DNA of 64,000 nucleotides from Dimorphilus gyrociliatus (taxonomy: Eukaryota > Animalia > Annelida). Of this stretch, positions 49,913 through 61,474 are shown one piece after another. The notes beneath the pieces were generated by a model, which was given only the letters and a program-made list of their open reading frames with translations, ran no database searches and was not told where the DNA came from. How positions within the stretch are numbered: the first letter of the stretch is position 1; each line of letters opens with the position of its first letter. The position numbers were made by a program, and so were the translations under genes. Location of the stretch: contig CAJFCJ010000007.1 in the NCBI GenBank assembly GCA_904063045.1, positions 616,819 through 680,818 on the forward strand, given 5' to 3'.

Positions 49913-50554
49913 CTATTTCGCAAACCTCATGATCCTGGCGAATTCTTCAAAATTAATACGGTTATCACCATCCTTATCGGCAACTGACATCATTTTCCTG
50001 ATTTGTTCTTCTGTAAAGTCCTCGCCCAACTCCCTCATAACTTGTCGTAATTCTTTTGCTTCTATATAACCGTCGTTATCCCTGTCGAACACTTTAAAGG
50101 CGTCTCGAATCTCTTGATCCTTACCTACAGGCTCCTTGAACGTATTCGCCATAATTACGACAAACTCATCAAAGTCGATAGCCCCGTTTTCTGACGTACA
50201 AGATAAATTAAATAGGAAGAAAAATCTAATGGTATAAGAGTAAATAATAAATAAATTTTTCTTACTGTTCTTATCTACACCTTTGACAATGGCTTTTGCT
50301 GTTTCTTCATTGGCAGAACGTTCATTTATACCGAGGAAAGTCATCATTTCCGCTAATTCATCTGATGTGATTTCACCGTTACCATCTTTATCGAATCGTT
50401 TGAAGATATCCCTTAAATCTAAAACAGACAATGAAAACACATTACAACCTATCCAAAATTATTACTATCATATTCCATAATCATCTATACCGTCTAAATC
50501 TTCCAAACTACTCTTTGATCCCTTATTAAACTTCTTTTTGGCAAATTTTAGCAT
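49913..50554 (-). CDS. Calmodulin-like EF-hand protein 1 (164 aa, divergent); 3 exons
   Basis: Four EF loops: DKDGNGEITSDE, DKNKNGAIDFDE, DRDNDGYIEAKE, DKDGDNRINFEE. Introns 50419-50490 and 50191-50265. Basic N-terminus MLKFAKKKFNK. Confidence 0.88.
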
Positions 50555-51505
50555 TGCTTACTCTGCAATATTTTTTTACAGAATGAAGTAATGGCTCTCC
50601 TCCACTCTAAACAATCTTCAATTAATTAAGAAAAAGCTTAGTTACAAAATAATAAAATAAAGGAACGCTAGGGAAGAATAGAGTAGGCAATGTTAAGACT
50701 TGTTTTAATCGTATATTTCTAGTTGTCAAGATTAATAGCTGCCACAATTTATTTAAACCGATTAAGACGAATATAAATAATTCTAACATAATTTATTAAC
50801 CTTTGAACGTTTTAAAATCTAGTTCATGGTTCATCATCAGTTCCAATTCTTCATAATTCAAATCCATAATGACTTTAGGAGAAATTTTCGTCCTTCGTGT
50901 GTAGTAAACAACTCATGACTACAAACTAGTTTTTTTGAAATTCCGGTGCATTAAGCCTTTGTCCCCGTCTTTTTTAAAATCAATTTTCTATCGAATAGAG
51001 CCTCGATATAAATCGATTGACCCCAATTAATATTGATTGAACGTTTGAAAGTAATAAAATATAAAAAAAGAGAAACAAAAAAAAGAAACAAAAAGAACTC
51101 TATGTTAATGAAGTAGTATTAATCTATAATAATAATAAAAGACTACATACGGAAATTGAAACTTAAAGCAATATATACATTTTTATGTATAAAACATACA
51201 AAAATGTATAAATATATCCTCTTTTTGTTTAGTTCTCTTTAATGTACATTTATTATTAATTGAATTATCTTATCTTGTTTTACGATTAAAATATGTAAAA
51301 TTTCGAATGGAAAAATGAAAAATATGTTTCATATGTAAAATTTCAATTCGGTAAATTTTTGTTTTTTCTTTATCATTTTTCTTCATCTTCATAATTATCA
51401 TTATGATTATCATCACCATCATCACCTTCTTCATCGTCTTCATCATCATTATCATATATATATAAATACATATATATATTATCTACAGAGCTCTTTGTTT
51501 TCTAA

Positions 51506-52285
51506 TCATTTTGTCATCATCATCTTAACAAATTCTAAAACAAATAAAATGTATGCTAATTTAGTCCATGTCTAAAAAATATGGTTAGATTTAATTACCT
51601 TCATAATTAACGCGACCATCTCCGTCCAGATCGGCTTCTCTTATCATTTCATCAACTGTAAAGGGTGCGTAACTAGGACATTAAATTTTTGTAGTTGCTA
51701 AATAAAATAAATCTCTATTGACAATATATAATATTTAATAGCAGTTTGCATATGGAGAAAGCAGTAAGAACATTTACATTCCCTGCTCTTCTACATATAC
51801 GTGTATGTACATGCATTTTAATGAATAATTTATTATTTATTAACGATAAGTATAGACTAAATCTTTTTGAAAATTTAAACAATATATCCGTTAAGTTACG
51901 CCCCTTCATCATCCGTTAATTTCTCTCCTAATGTTGTCATGACGTGCCTTAGCTCGGCTGCGGAAATATAACCGTCGCCGTTCTTATCAAATACCTTAAA
52001 AGATTCCCTCAATTCCACTTCTTCGTCAACGGGATTCTTCATATTTCTCGCCATCATGTGTATAAATTCCTCGAAATCGATACTTCCGTTGCCGTCAGCG
52101 TCGACTTCGTTGATCATGTCCTTTAGCTCCTGTTCGGATGGATTCTGGCCGAGCGATCTCATAACAATTCCTAATTCCTTCGAAGATATATAACCGTCGC
52201 CGTTCTTGTCGAAGAGACTAAAAGCCTCTTTAAAGTCTTCTATTTGTTCTTCCGTCAGTTCCGGATATTCCTCCTGTTTATTCAT
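51506..52285 (-). CDS. Calmodulin-like EF-hand protein 2 (close to calmodulin); 3 exons
   Basis: [39 protein letters not shown]...; exons 51900-52285, 51599-51672, 51506-51534 (...[11 protein letters not shown]|EFVKMMMTK*). The last intron is at the usual calmodulin position. Confidence 0.9.
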
Positions 52286-52745
52286 CGTTGTCTGGCCGTA
52301 ATTTGACTAAACTATCCTACTATTAACTATAATTACAGACAATTTAACAAAAAAAAATGGAAATAGAGAAACTTAGCGACAGTGTTTTTCCCTTTTTCCT
52401 ATTTTTATTACGATAATGATAATATCCTTAATGCAAATCACCTTTCTTATCTTATGCAACAGAGAGAGAGATAGATAGAGAGAGCACATCTTTCCATATG
52501 AATACAAACACATACTAATCAATGCTAAAAGCAACTTACCATATTTATTAGTTTGTTTGTTTTCTCATCTGATTGCTTTTTCAGAGCCTATGTATAAGCG
52601 GCCCGTCTCTGCATTAATACTGTACATTAATGCTAACCGCCAGTAATTATAGGGATAGTATCATATGCCGTAAAATATTCGATATTTATTGATGTGTTTT
52701 AAAAACCTTTTTTATAAATTAGTATATCGTGAATATTTTATGCGG

Positions 52746-55700
52746 TTAACGAGTAAACTGTTTGGCAGAGCTCAATAAATGCAAACCAGAAAAGAGTTTG
52801 TACAAATCGACTTCGGCGTAGGCGCTCTTCTGCAACTGCTTGTCAACGTGAGCTCGTAAGGCGTTCAGCGATCTCTGGGCGTCGCCTCGCTCTTGCATTA
52901 GTCGGCTCGCTCTCATCATTTGCTCGGTGTTGAGGGCTTGTTTACCCTTTTCCAGGTCGAAGATGTGGCGGTAGAAACAAAGTTGATCGTATAGTTGTTT
53001 GTCGCTATACTGTTTATTCATATTGTTTATAATAACATATATATATATATATATATTTAACCTTTAGATATTTATTTATTTATTTTAATAACAAACCTCA
53101 ACTTTTAGTATTCCATGGCCACAAACGTTACAAATAGGTGCTCTACCAATATTTAAAGTAACATTTCTTGTTCTTGCTTCGCATACCGGATCATCGCATT
53201 TCAACCAACCAGTATAATACTTATTAATGTGACGCCTCATCTCTATTGTCAGCTTATTCTTTATAATATTTACGTAACAGTCTTTGTACAAGGCCTCGCC
53301 ACATTCTTCGTTGCGACATTGGGCAAGAGCGAACGTCAAGTCAGAATCCTAATAAAAGCGAGAATAAATAGGCAAAAAGGGTTTCATATCCTTCCTTAAT
53401 CAAATTTTACAGGTGATCACTTACCTTACTGTTCTCAGAAACATATAAACAACTTTCTAGGCAATTAACTGTAGAACATTTAAAACATTCGAAAGAGAAA
53501 CGTTGGCAATCTTTAAACCTTTCCGCATCGCTTAGTTGCGTTATAAAGCCTTCGTCTTCGGTCGACCTTTCTTGATTATATTTGTGTTTAAAGTTACTTC
53601 CATCTAGACCAAGACATTCTGCAATCCTAACAGCATCGGTTCCCTCGATTGGATCACAAAGCCTACTAACAACTGGGTGAACTTGTTGAGCCAAGTAGTA
53701 ATTTTTATCTATATACGTAAATGAGCGAATAAAGATAAGAAAAAGGATGCAACTTCCCTAGTACTTATGTTATATTGATTAAGCTAACCTAATTTCAAAT
53801 TATCTTCCTTAGCTAATTCGTCTGGATGATATGCTCTCTCACTATGAGAGGTAGATGTTCCATCCTCGCAGATAACGTAAAACACCGTATCACCACCCCT
53901 AAGTTTTTTCCCACTCTTTGCGTTTATTCTCAAAGCCACTTGGACATGTGCCTGATGCTTCTTATCTGGGTAATCTTCCGGATTTTTAGCCAATTGCTAC
54001 GTGGAAAAATTATAAATATGACTTGCATTATTAACAATTGTCTAGCAATAAATTACTTTCGTAATGAAAAACTGCTCTACTCCAATTGAATCATTTCGAA
54101 CTTTTTCTGCTACAGAATAGAGTTCAGTATGAATATTTTCGACTATCTCTTCCTTAGATTTTCCGGATAGTATCTCAGATACAGCGAAACTAGGAAAGGG
54201 AAAAAATAATCAAAAAAATGATAAAAAATTGAGAAGAGAATAGGGAAAAAATAATAATGATAATAAAAGAGAGAAATACAATGATTATTAAGACGTTTTA
54301 TATCAGTTAAAACGTAATTAACCTACTTTCCAACAGTTTTAGCTAATTCGCACCAATCTCTTCTTACAATATCTAAGCCCTTCAACTCTTGTTTTGTGGT
54401 AATTTCCCCATTCTTTCCAACAGTTGCTACTAAAGCCGCATATTTTTTCTTCTTTAGCAAAAGCATTGACTTAAAAAGTCCGTCAATGTCGATTTCGAGC
54501 AATTTGTAGTGCTTATTTACTTCGTTCTTTACTCTTAGTCCAACTTTCATTACGTCTTCGTAATCGATAGAATTTGTATTAACCATAATTGAATCAGTAT
54601 CTCCATAGATAACTTCTAGATTCATCTAATTTATATAATAATCATTTAAATTAGTGGGAAATAAAAAGAAAAACAAGGCAAGAAAAGTTTAATTACTAAC
54701 ATTTGTTACCAAATCTTTAGTTTTCAGAAGAATCTCTCGGCCTTTACTTGTAATTAGTGAGGCCAACGGTTTAGCGTAAAACCTGGAATTGGAAAATCCA
54801 AGGCAGCCGTACATTGAATTGGCAGTTAATTTTAAAGCCTTTTGTCTTATATCATATTGTACGTATAAATCCGAATTAGGATCAGTTTTCTTCATTAACG
54901 CTTTAACATCTCGCCTACTGTGAACAAGCTTTCGTATTTCGGTAGGTAGAATACCAGTCTCAGAATCGGATGGCGGGACGTCTGGTATAAATTCTTCATC
55001 GTCAATACTCTTTTCACCATTTCTTTCAATTGTCGTAAAACAAATATTATATTCTTGAATAATCGAAGGATATAGTGAATTAAAATCCAATAATAAAATA
55101 TATTTGTCATAAAATCCTTTCTTTGGCTCTAAAACAAGACCCCCAGTATAAGCTGGCTTTCGACGACCTTGCTGACCTTTCCGTTTAGTTGTATCAAGAT
55201 GCATTTCACCTTCATCATCGGATAGATGATTCTAGTAAGCGAAGAATATTTTTCAGATTATAAAGATAATTTATATGCGTTATGTAGAAAAGCTAACAGT
55301 AATTTGTTGTTTCTTTCCATAAAATTTATCAGGAACAATAAACTGCCTTTCGTGAAAAGCATGCAAAAGCAAGAATTCGTTTCTTTCCGATCGACCGCCC
55401 AACATTGTTCGTGCCTTTTAGAGAGAATAAGAAAAGGAGTGCTGCGAATGAACGACTAAAAATCTTTAAAAATATTTACCATTAAATTTCCGCACACATT
55501 TGTTATTTGTAAGGCTAAAGGCAAGATATTCAATTCATACATTATTCTTAATATGAAACTAGAGTCTCTTAGAGTAACCTCTATCATATTTAGAATGCTT
55601 ATAGATTGACTGTTCAGAGAATGGGAAACAGAATAAGATTATTTTGATAAGAAAAAAAAAATACAGACTCAAAAGCCTTTTTCACTTCATTCGGATCTAT

Positions 55701-58700
55701 GGAAATTCTCGATTCCTTTAGGATCGAATTTGTTAGTTCATTAAGATCATAGCTTCTTAAACGTATAAGCTCTTTGGCCGAAACCATAACGTCGCAAAGC
55801 AAACGACCGCTAATTAGAAATTAAAAAGAAAATAGTGTATGACAAAACAATAAACAAGTTTTTACTTATTCAGATGCAATCATCTAGTTCTTTTACTAAC
55901 CTACAAATCCCTACGGCACCAGTGGCTTTCCCATGTAAATGCTAAATAGCAAAGAATGAGGTTAATTACAATAGGGAAAATGGACAATTATAATCTACTA
56001 CCATAATTTTAGGTGGTACCGATCTTTTCAATCTACCTAAACGAGACCAATGTGGTACTTTTAAAGTTGTTGTACGGTTTAATATAACATCTAAATCATA
56101 TCCAGCGATGTCGTGACCCTTAAAATGAAATAAGGTCAGTTGGTGACTTTTAACATAAAAAATAAAAAATCTATTAGGAAATTAGACTCTTATTTACTTA
56201 CAACGATAACATCCGGATCAATTTTAAAGATTCGAGCAAGAAGATAACTTAACAGACCTCTCTCAGTGCTAACATACTCAATATTAATACCTCTTTTATC
56301 CCTTTGCGATACAGCCTTAAAATCGAACGGTAAAATGCAATCATTTGGTTTTGTAAAAGCTGTTAAAGATAAAACATTTATAAGTGTTTATCATGAAATA
56401 GGTGCTTGTATATAAATTAATATACCGCAAAAATGCTCTTGAAAGTGTTCTTTTGGAGGTGGTTTATCTAAACTAAATTGTTTCTGAATTAAACAAGATG
56501 CAGCAAGAACTTCATTCTGATGAGTTTTCGGATTCGGAAGAGTTCTAACATTCAATGTTAAAACAATTAACGGAGGGGATGATATTGAATCAGAGCATAT
56601 TTTTATAAAATCTGGTTTCTGGATAGTTGCTTCAACTTTACACCATGAAATTGATACGCTACTTGTTTCTGTTTGTTTTTTTTTTTACAATTAACCTCTA
56701 TTAATAAAGTATCGTATAACTTTATTGAATGCTATTACCAGAATGAGATATATCGAGCCAACAGGGTCCTTTTAATCCTCTATCTAGAACAAGCTGTTCT
56801 AAACTAGAAGTATTAGTTCCAAAAGCACAAATGAACGTTTCTCCAGATATATTTTGGGGTAATTTTGGGTAATCAGCCTAAAATTTTTTTGTATATTATA
56901 ATTAGATATTATATAATATACTAATAAGATTTCTTACTGAATATCGAACTTCAAAATATTCAGCTTCTGCTGGAACTCCTGCTTTTTCAAATGCATACTT
57001 TTTCGGTGTTTTCTATTAAAATTTAGAATCAATTAAATCAATTTAATTAGTAAACTGAATAAAAGTGGAAAAGCAGTTAATTGTATTACTTTTGATTTAA
57101 ATTCTTTTATCTTGTATTTATCGGCTATTGAATTAAATTCTTTATAAATATCATTAAAAGAAACGTCCTCGTCTAGTTCTGTTTTCGTTTTTGTATCGTA
57201 TTTCTATGTAAATTAAAGTTTTTGTTTATAACTATTATTATATATTAATTGTATGTCATAAAACCTTTGAACGTGGTAATAAGAATAGTTGTCTTTCAAT
57301 ATTCTTTACTGTAATACAGCAACTGACATATCTGTTATCCTTTTGTATCTTACCAAACAGATAAATCAATCCTGAAAATGCGTTTTCAAAACACTCAATT
57401 AGATATTTAGTCTGAGACAAAGAAAACGAAAATTTACCTGGATGTTTCATTTGGTCTTCGTAGGCGTCAAACCAATATAATCTTATTATATTTTCACCAG
57501 CTTCGTTAGTTAAGGTGGGAAGCGAACCATTATCAGCTACAGTTTCCATTTCTTTTTCGGTATCTTCTGAACAACTCTTCCACATAGAATGATCAATATT
57601 ATTATCGGAAGAAAATGTCAACGAACTTCAAAGATAATTAATAAAGAAAATAAAGGTTAATAATAGTTCAAACAAATTATTTTAAAATAGCATACTTCAA
57701 TTTTGGTTCAGCTTTTACTTCGACTTTCTTTTCAATAACTTCTTCTTTGTTCACTTTTTTTGGACTTCTTGGCTTTATATCATCATCAATTGGTTCCATA
57801 CTAGCACATACTTCATTAAAATCATCATCATCATCTGGTATTTCAATGCTATAAATTCGCATTAAATTTAAATTGACATTTAGAAGTAGTGTAATAAATA
57901 TATTGATATATTGAATATTTCTTACCATTGTTTTTGAATTGTTTCAGCAGGTTTTTCTTGTTTTATTTCTATTTTTGGCCTCTTTGGCTTACTGATAAAC
58001 GGGTTAGATTGCCTGGAAAGTGTTAATTGAAGTAAGTAATTCGCTTATAAATTACAGCTATCTTACTGTTTTTCTCTTAGAACTGAGGTAGGTGTTTTAG
58101 GTGTAGAGTCGTGTTTGATTTCCGACATTAAATTTTCCAGGACATCGTCCTCATTAACAGTCTCTTCTTTCTTTTTTCGTTTTTTCACAGAACTCGATAC
58201 AGCACTTGCTAAAAACATGCGTTTGATATCTCCCGTTCCCTTAGGTGTTGGGGTAATTGTACTAGATCCTTTCTTATTCTTACTCTGATTGCCAGCATTT
58301 TCTATTGAACATGTACAGAATAAGCAAAAAATTACAGTAAATATTATTTACAAACTTTGCTTTTTCGAAGATTTTGAATTTAGTGTATCGTCCACATCTT
58401 CGTCAAATATTTCTCTTCCATCTTCAACATATCCACAACCATCTAGAAGTTTGAAAGTAAACTTATATTGAACGTGAAAATATAAATTAGAAAGTTGTCA
58501 AACCGTCATCTACAATCCAGTCATCATTTTGACGAGATTGAACAATGTTTGAATAGGTTTCTTCATCAACATAATCATAGACATTATCTGGATCGCTATC
58601 TTCATCCTAAAGTTGTGTTTTACAAATTAAAATACTCTACTTTTAGATGTTTAAATTTAAATAAAAAAAACATGTTATCTTCACCTCCGAAAACCTTCTT

Positions 58701-58931
58701 TTTCCAGCAGCTTTAAGTTCCTTAAACTTTCCTAATGCGGCTAATCTACCACTTTTATCTTTCTTCTGTCTTCTTGATCGGCCACGAGCAAGTGATTCTA
58801 ATATTAAAGAATACAAGCATTCAAAATCTATCTTAAGCCTACTGCTACTGTCATAATTTCACAAGTAGCTTGCATATTCATTCACTAAATTAATAAAATA
58901 TAGCACCTGAGTTTGTATCATTTTCCGCCAT
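52746..58931 (-). CDS. POLA1: DNA polymerase alpha catalytic subunit; many short introns
   Basis: N-terminal [22 protein letters not shown] and DWIVDDG; YWFDAYE; polB motifs [52 protein letters not shown]; C-terminal Zn-binding Cys pairs. First exon MAENDTNS inferred. Confidence 0.96.
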
Positions 58932-58942
58932 TTTGCTGGAAA

Positions 58943-58951
58943 GCGCGGGAA
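58943..58951 (-). promoter_or_regulatory. E2F-type site (TTCCCGCGC) 12 bp upstream of the inferred POLA1 ATG
   Basis: gcgcgggaa on the + strand. POLA1 is an established E2F target in animals. Confidence 0.5.
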
Positions 58952-59582
58952 TGAAATATGATTTAGGCCAAGTTTACGTAAACGAAGAGAAGTCTATATT
59001 AAACTTATATGTAATTTATATGTTATATTAATAAATAAGTTTAAGAAATAATTAAATAAAATTATTTTTAAGAGACATAGTTTATTTTACGTTTAAAAAA
59101 TTTTTGCAAAGAACTGTAGACCGGATGTGCCACTTTTCTTTTTTCGAATTGGCGCGCACAATCTAACACGTGAGGGATTTTTTCAATATGTATTGAAAAA
59201 TGAATACAAATTAGTCTTGAGTGAACTTTAAATGTGCTGGTGAAAATTATTACATAATAAACAATTAAAAATAGAATGTCGAACAAGACCTTAAAGTTGG
59301 TAATTCAATGTTTACTTGACCGATAGAAAGGTGAAAGGAGTGGGTAGTTTCTTTCGCTGATTAATAACAGTGTTTATCCAATTTTTGCATTTTTTGTATC
59401 AAATATCACATGTTAAACAAAGGCACTAGTGAGTTAATTTTTTTATTATGAAAATTTAATCAAAGTATCTAATATGATACAAGACGTTAAACATATATAT
59501 GTATATTTATTATTATGCATAGAAAAATATATGATAATGTAAAAATAGTTCATAAGTTTTACAATTAGGAATGTTTATATCC

Positions 59583-60057
59583 TTATTGAATTCTACTTGT
59601 TTCTTCAGTTGATAATCGGTCGAAATAGATAGCGTCGTACATTTTCTATTAGAAATAATAAAAAACAAGCATATATAGTCATATACTTTTAAAACTGTAT
59701 AGGAAAACTTACTCTTATCGTTGGAGAGAGTTTTTCTTTGAATACTTCAAGAAAACAATCGGCTGACCTCGACGTTCCGTATTTAAAGAATTCCATAACC
59801 TCCAATTCAATTGGATCTTTACAATTATTAATATCTTTATCTATTCTTTCAACTATAGAATCTAATTCTCCAATACACCTCTTAGCTGAAGAATATGTCG
59901 AAAATGTAATTATTTCAGCGTTTTCCAATTCGTCCAAGCAAGGTCGATATGACCAGTTGCCATAATAGTAATTTTTTAAATCCTTAAGAATCTTACAAAC
60001 AATTTCCTCCTGTTCTCCAGAACAGACAAGACAATTACCATAAAAGGAAGCAGTCAT
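59583..60057 (-). CDS. Uncharacterised ~135-aa protein; 2 exons (59713-60057, 59583-59645), possibly with further 5' exons
   Basis: ORF MTASFYGNCLVC...LSPTIR| with gtaagt donor, joined in phase 0 to KMYDAIYFDRLSTEETSRIQ*. Confidence 0.6.
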
Positions 60058-61169
60058 AGTGAGACGATTGAAGGATCCTTTTCGACTAACGGTACAATTA
60101 AACAGATGTTATGTAACGTATTCAAATTCACTTTCCCAATCCTTCAAATCAATTCAATTTAGGTTAAACCTTAGGGCTTTTTAATCATAAAATAAGCAAC
60201 GATCTTCTATTTATTCTTCTTTAGGGAAAAAATCGATTTGTCTACAGTGTAGTTTAAGGGAAAAATAAAAACATGTTTACGCTATTCAAATGTTCTCCCT
60301 TACCGTTCTTAGCACCACAGACATTCTCGCTTTGGAATTTATGAAAACATACTTATAATAAATTGAGTATTGTATATAAATCTTCCGTAGATTAAAAGGA
60401 AATTTACCCGAGTAGTAGAAGACAGGTAATTTCTGTTCTCATATTCGGAAAACTGACGACTGGTTGCTTTGGTACACCGATATATTTTAGCATTTCCGCC
60501 TCCAGGCCATTATAATTTGACAAATCTTTATTGACGCTTAATGCAGTCAAATATCTAATTGCACGCATGTGAAATTTATAAAAGTATTTTCAATAATAAC
60601 AGCTTTATTACATACAATTTTAATACATATATTCAATCTATACTTTCATTCATTTTACTTATTTAAAGCATTTTTCTATTCATATATGTCTCCTTCTCAA
60701 ACAACAACAACAACAACGATCCCCCTTCAATTGATGAAAGGAAGGGAACAATTTTGTGAATTACGCAATATAAATGTATGAATAGATTTCAATAATATTT
60801 TTTGGCGGGTAATCGTTTACATCAACTTTTAAAAGTTTTTTTTATCGTTTGTTTTGATTTTTTAGTAGATAGACTAGAATTTTTTGTCTTTTTCTCCCTC
60901 CTTTCTTCTGATTGGTAGATCTAGTAAATTTTACAACTTAAAAACTGATTTTATTTAAAAATATACATATCTACTGTTAGATTGTAAAATGGATGTTGTT
61001 TTTAACAGTCCTGACATCGGTCGATTCAAATTTATTGTGCAACAGATTTTTTTATTTAAAACTTAATTAATTCAAGCTAATTTGTCGGTGAAAAGATAAA
61101 ATATATAAGGGATAATGAATGTATTCGAGAATATTTCTCTATGGTATTCGTTTTCGAATATCGTTACTC

Positions 61170-61181
61170 TAGCGCCATCTG
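61170..61181 (-). promoter_or_regulatory. CTCF-like motif CAGATGGCGCTA upstream of CYB5RL
   Basis: tagcgccatctg on the + strand. Confidence 0.4.
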
Positions 61182-61288
61182 TTTTTCCATGAATGATCTT
61201 TCGGTATCGTCCTTGTGTAATATTTCATAATTACGCTAAAATGGGAATTTTATAAATTGTGTCATTCGGTAAATTCATAGTAATATTA

Positions 61289-61474
61289 ATGGATGAACCA
61301 AAAAAACAGCCAGGAAAGAGAAAACTAAATAAGATTGAGGAGGATCGAGATAAATTGACTTCGCACCCGAAAGTACATGTAAATGAGGGATTCTCTTGGT
61401 GGAATTGTCTACAATATAATATACCTATAGAGAAGAGCAAACCATATGCTGTTAAGAAAATTGAAGAGCAATAG
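61289..61474 (+). CDS. Candidate 61-aa upstream ORF overlapping the CYB5RL start in another frame
   Basis: MDEPKKQPGKRKLNKIEEDRDKLTSHPKVHVNEGFSWWNCLQYNIPIEKSKPYAVKKIEEQ*; follows an acceptor-like ttcatag at 61280. Confidence 0.35.
   Translation: MDEPKKQPGKRKLNKIEEDRDKLTSHPKVHVNEGFSWWNCLQYNIPIEKSKPYAVKKIEEQ

Noticed and set aside
53385-53412. ATATCCTT...CCTTAAT...ACAG resembling U12 intron signals
   Set aside because: On the strand opposite POLA1; the POLA1 intron here is an ordinary GT-AG intron.
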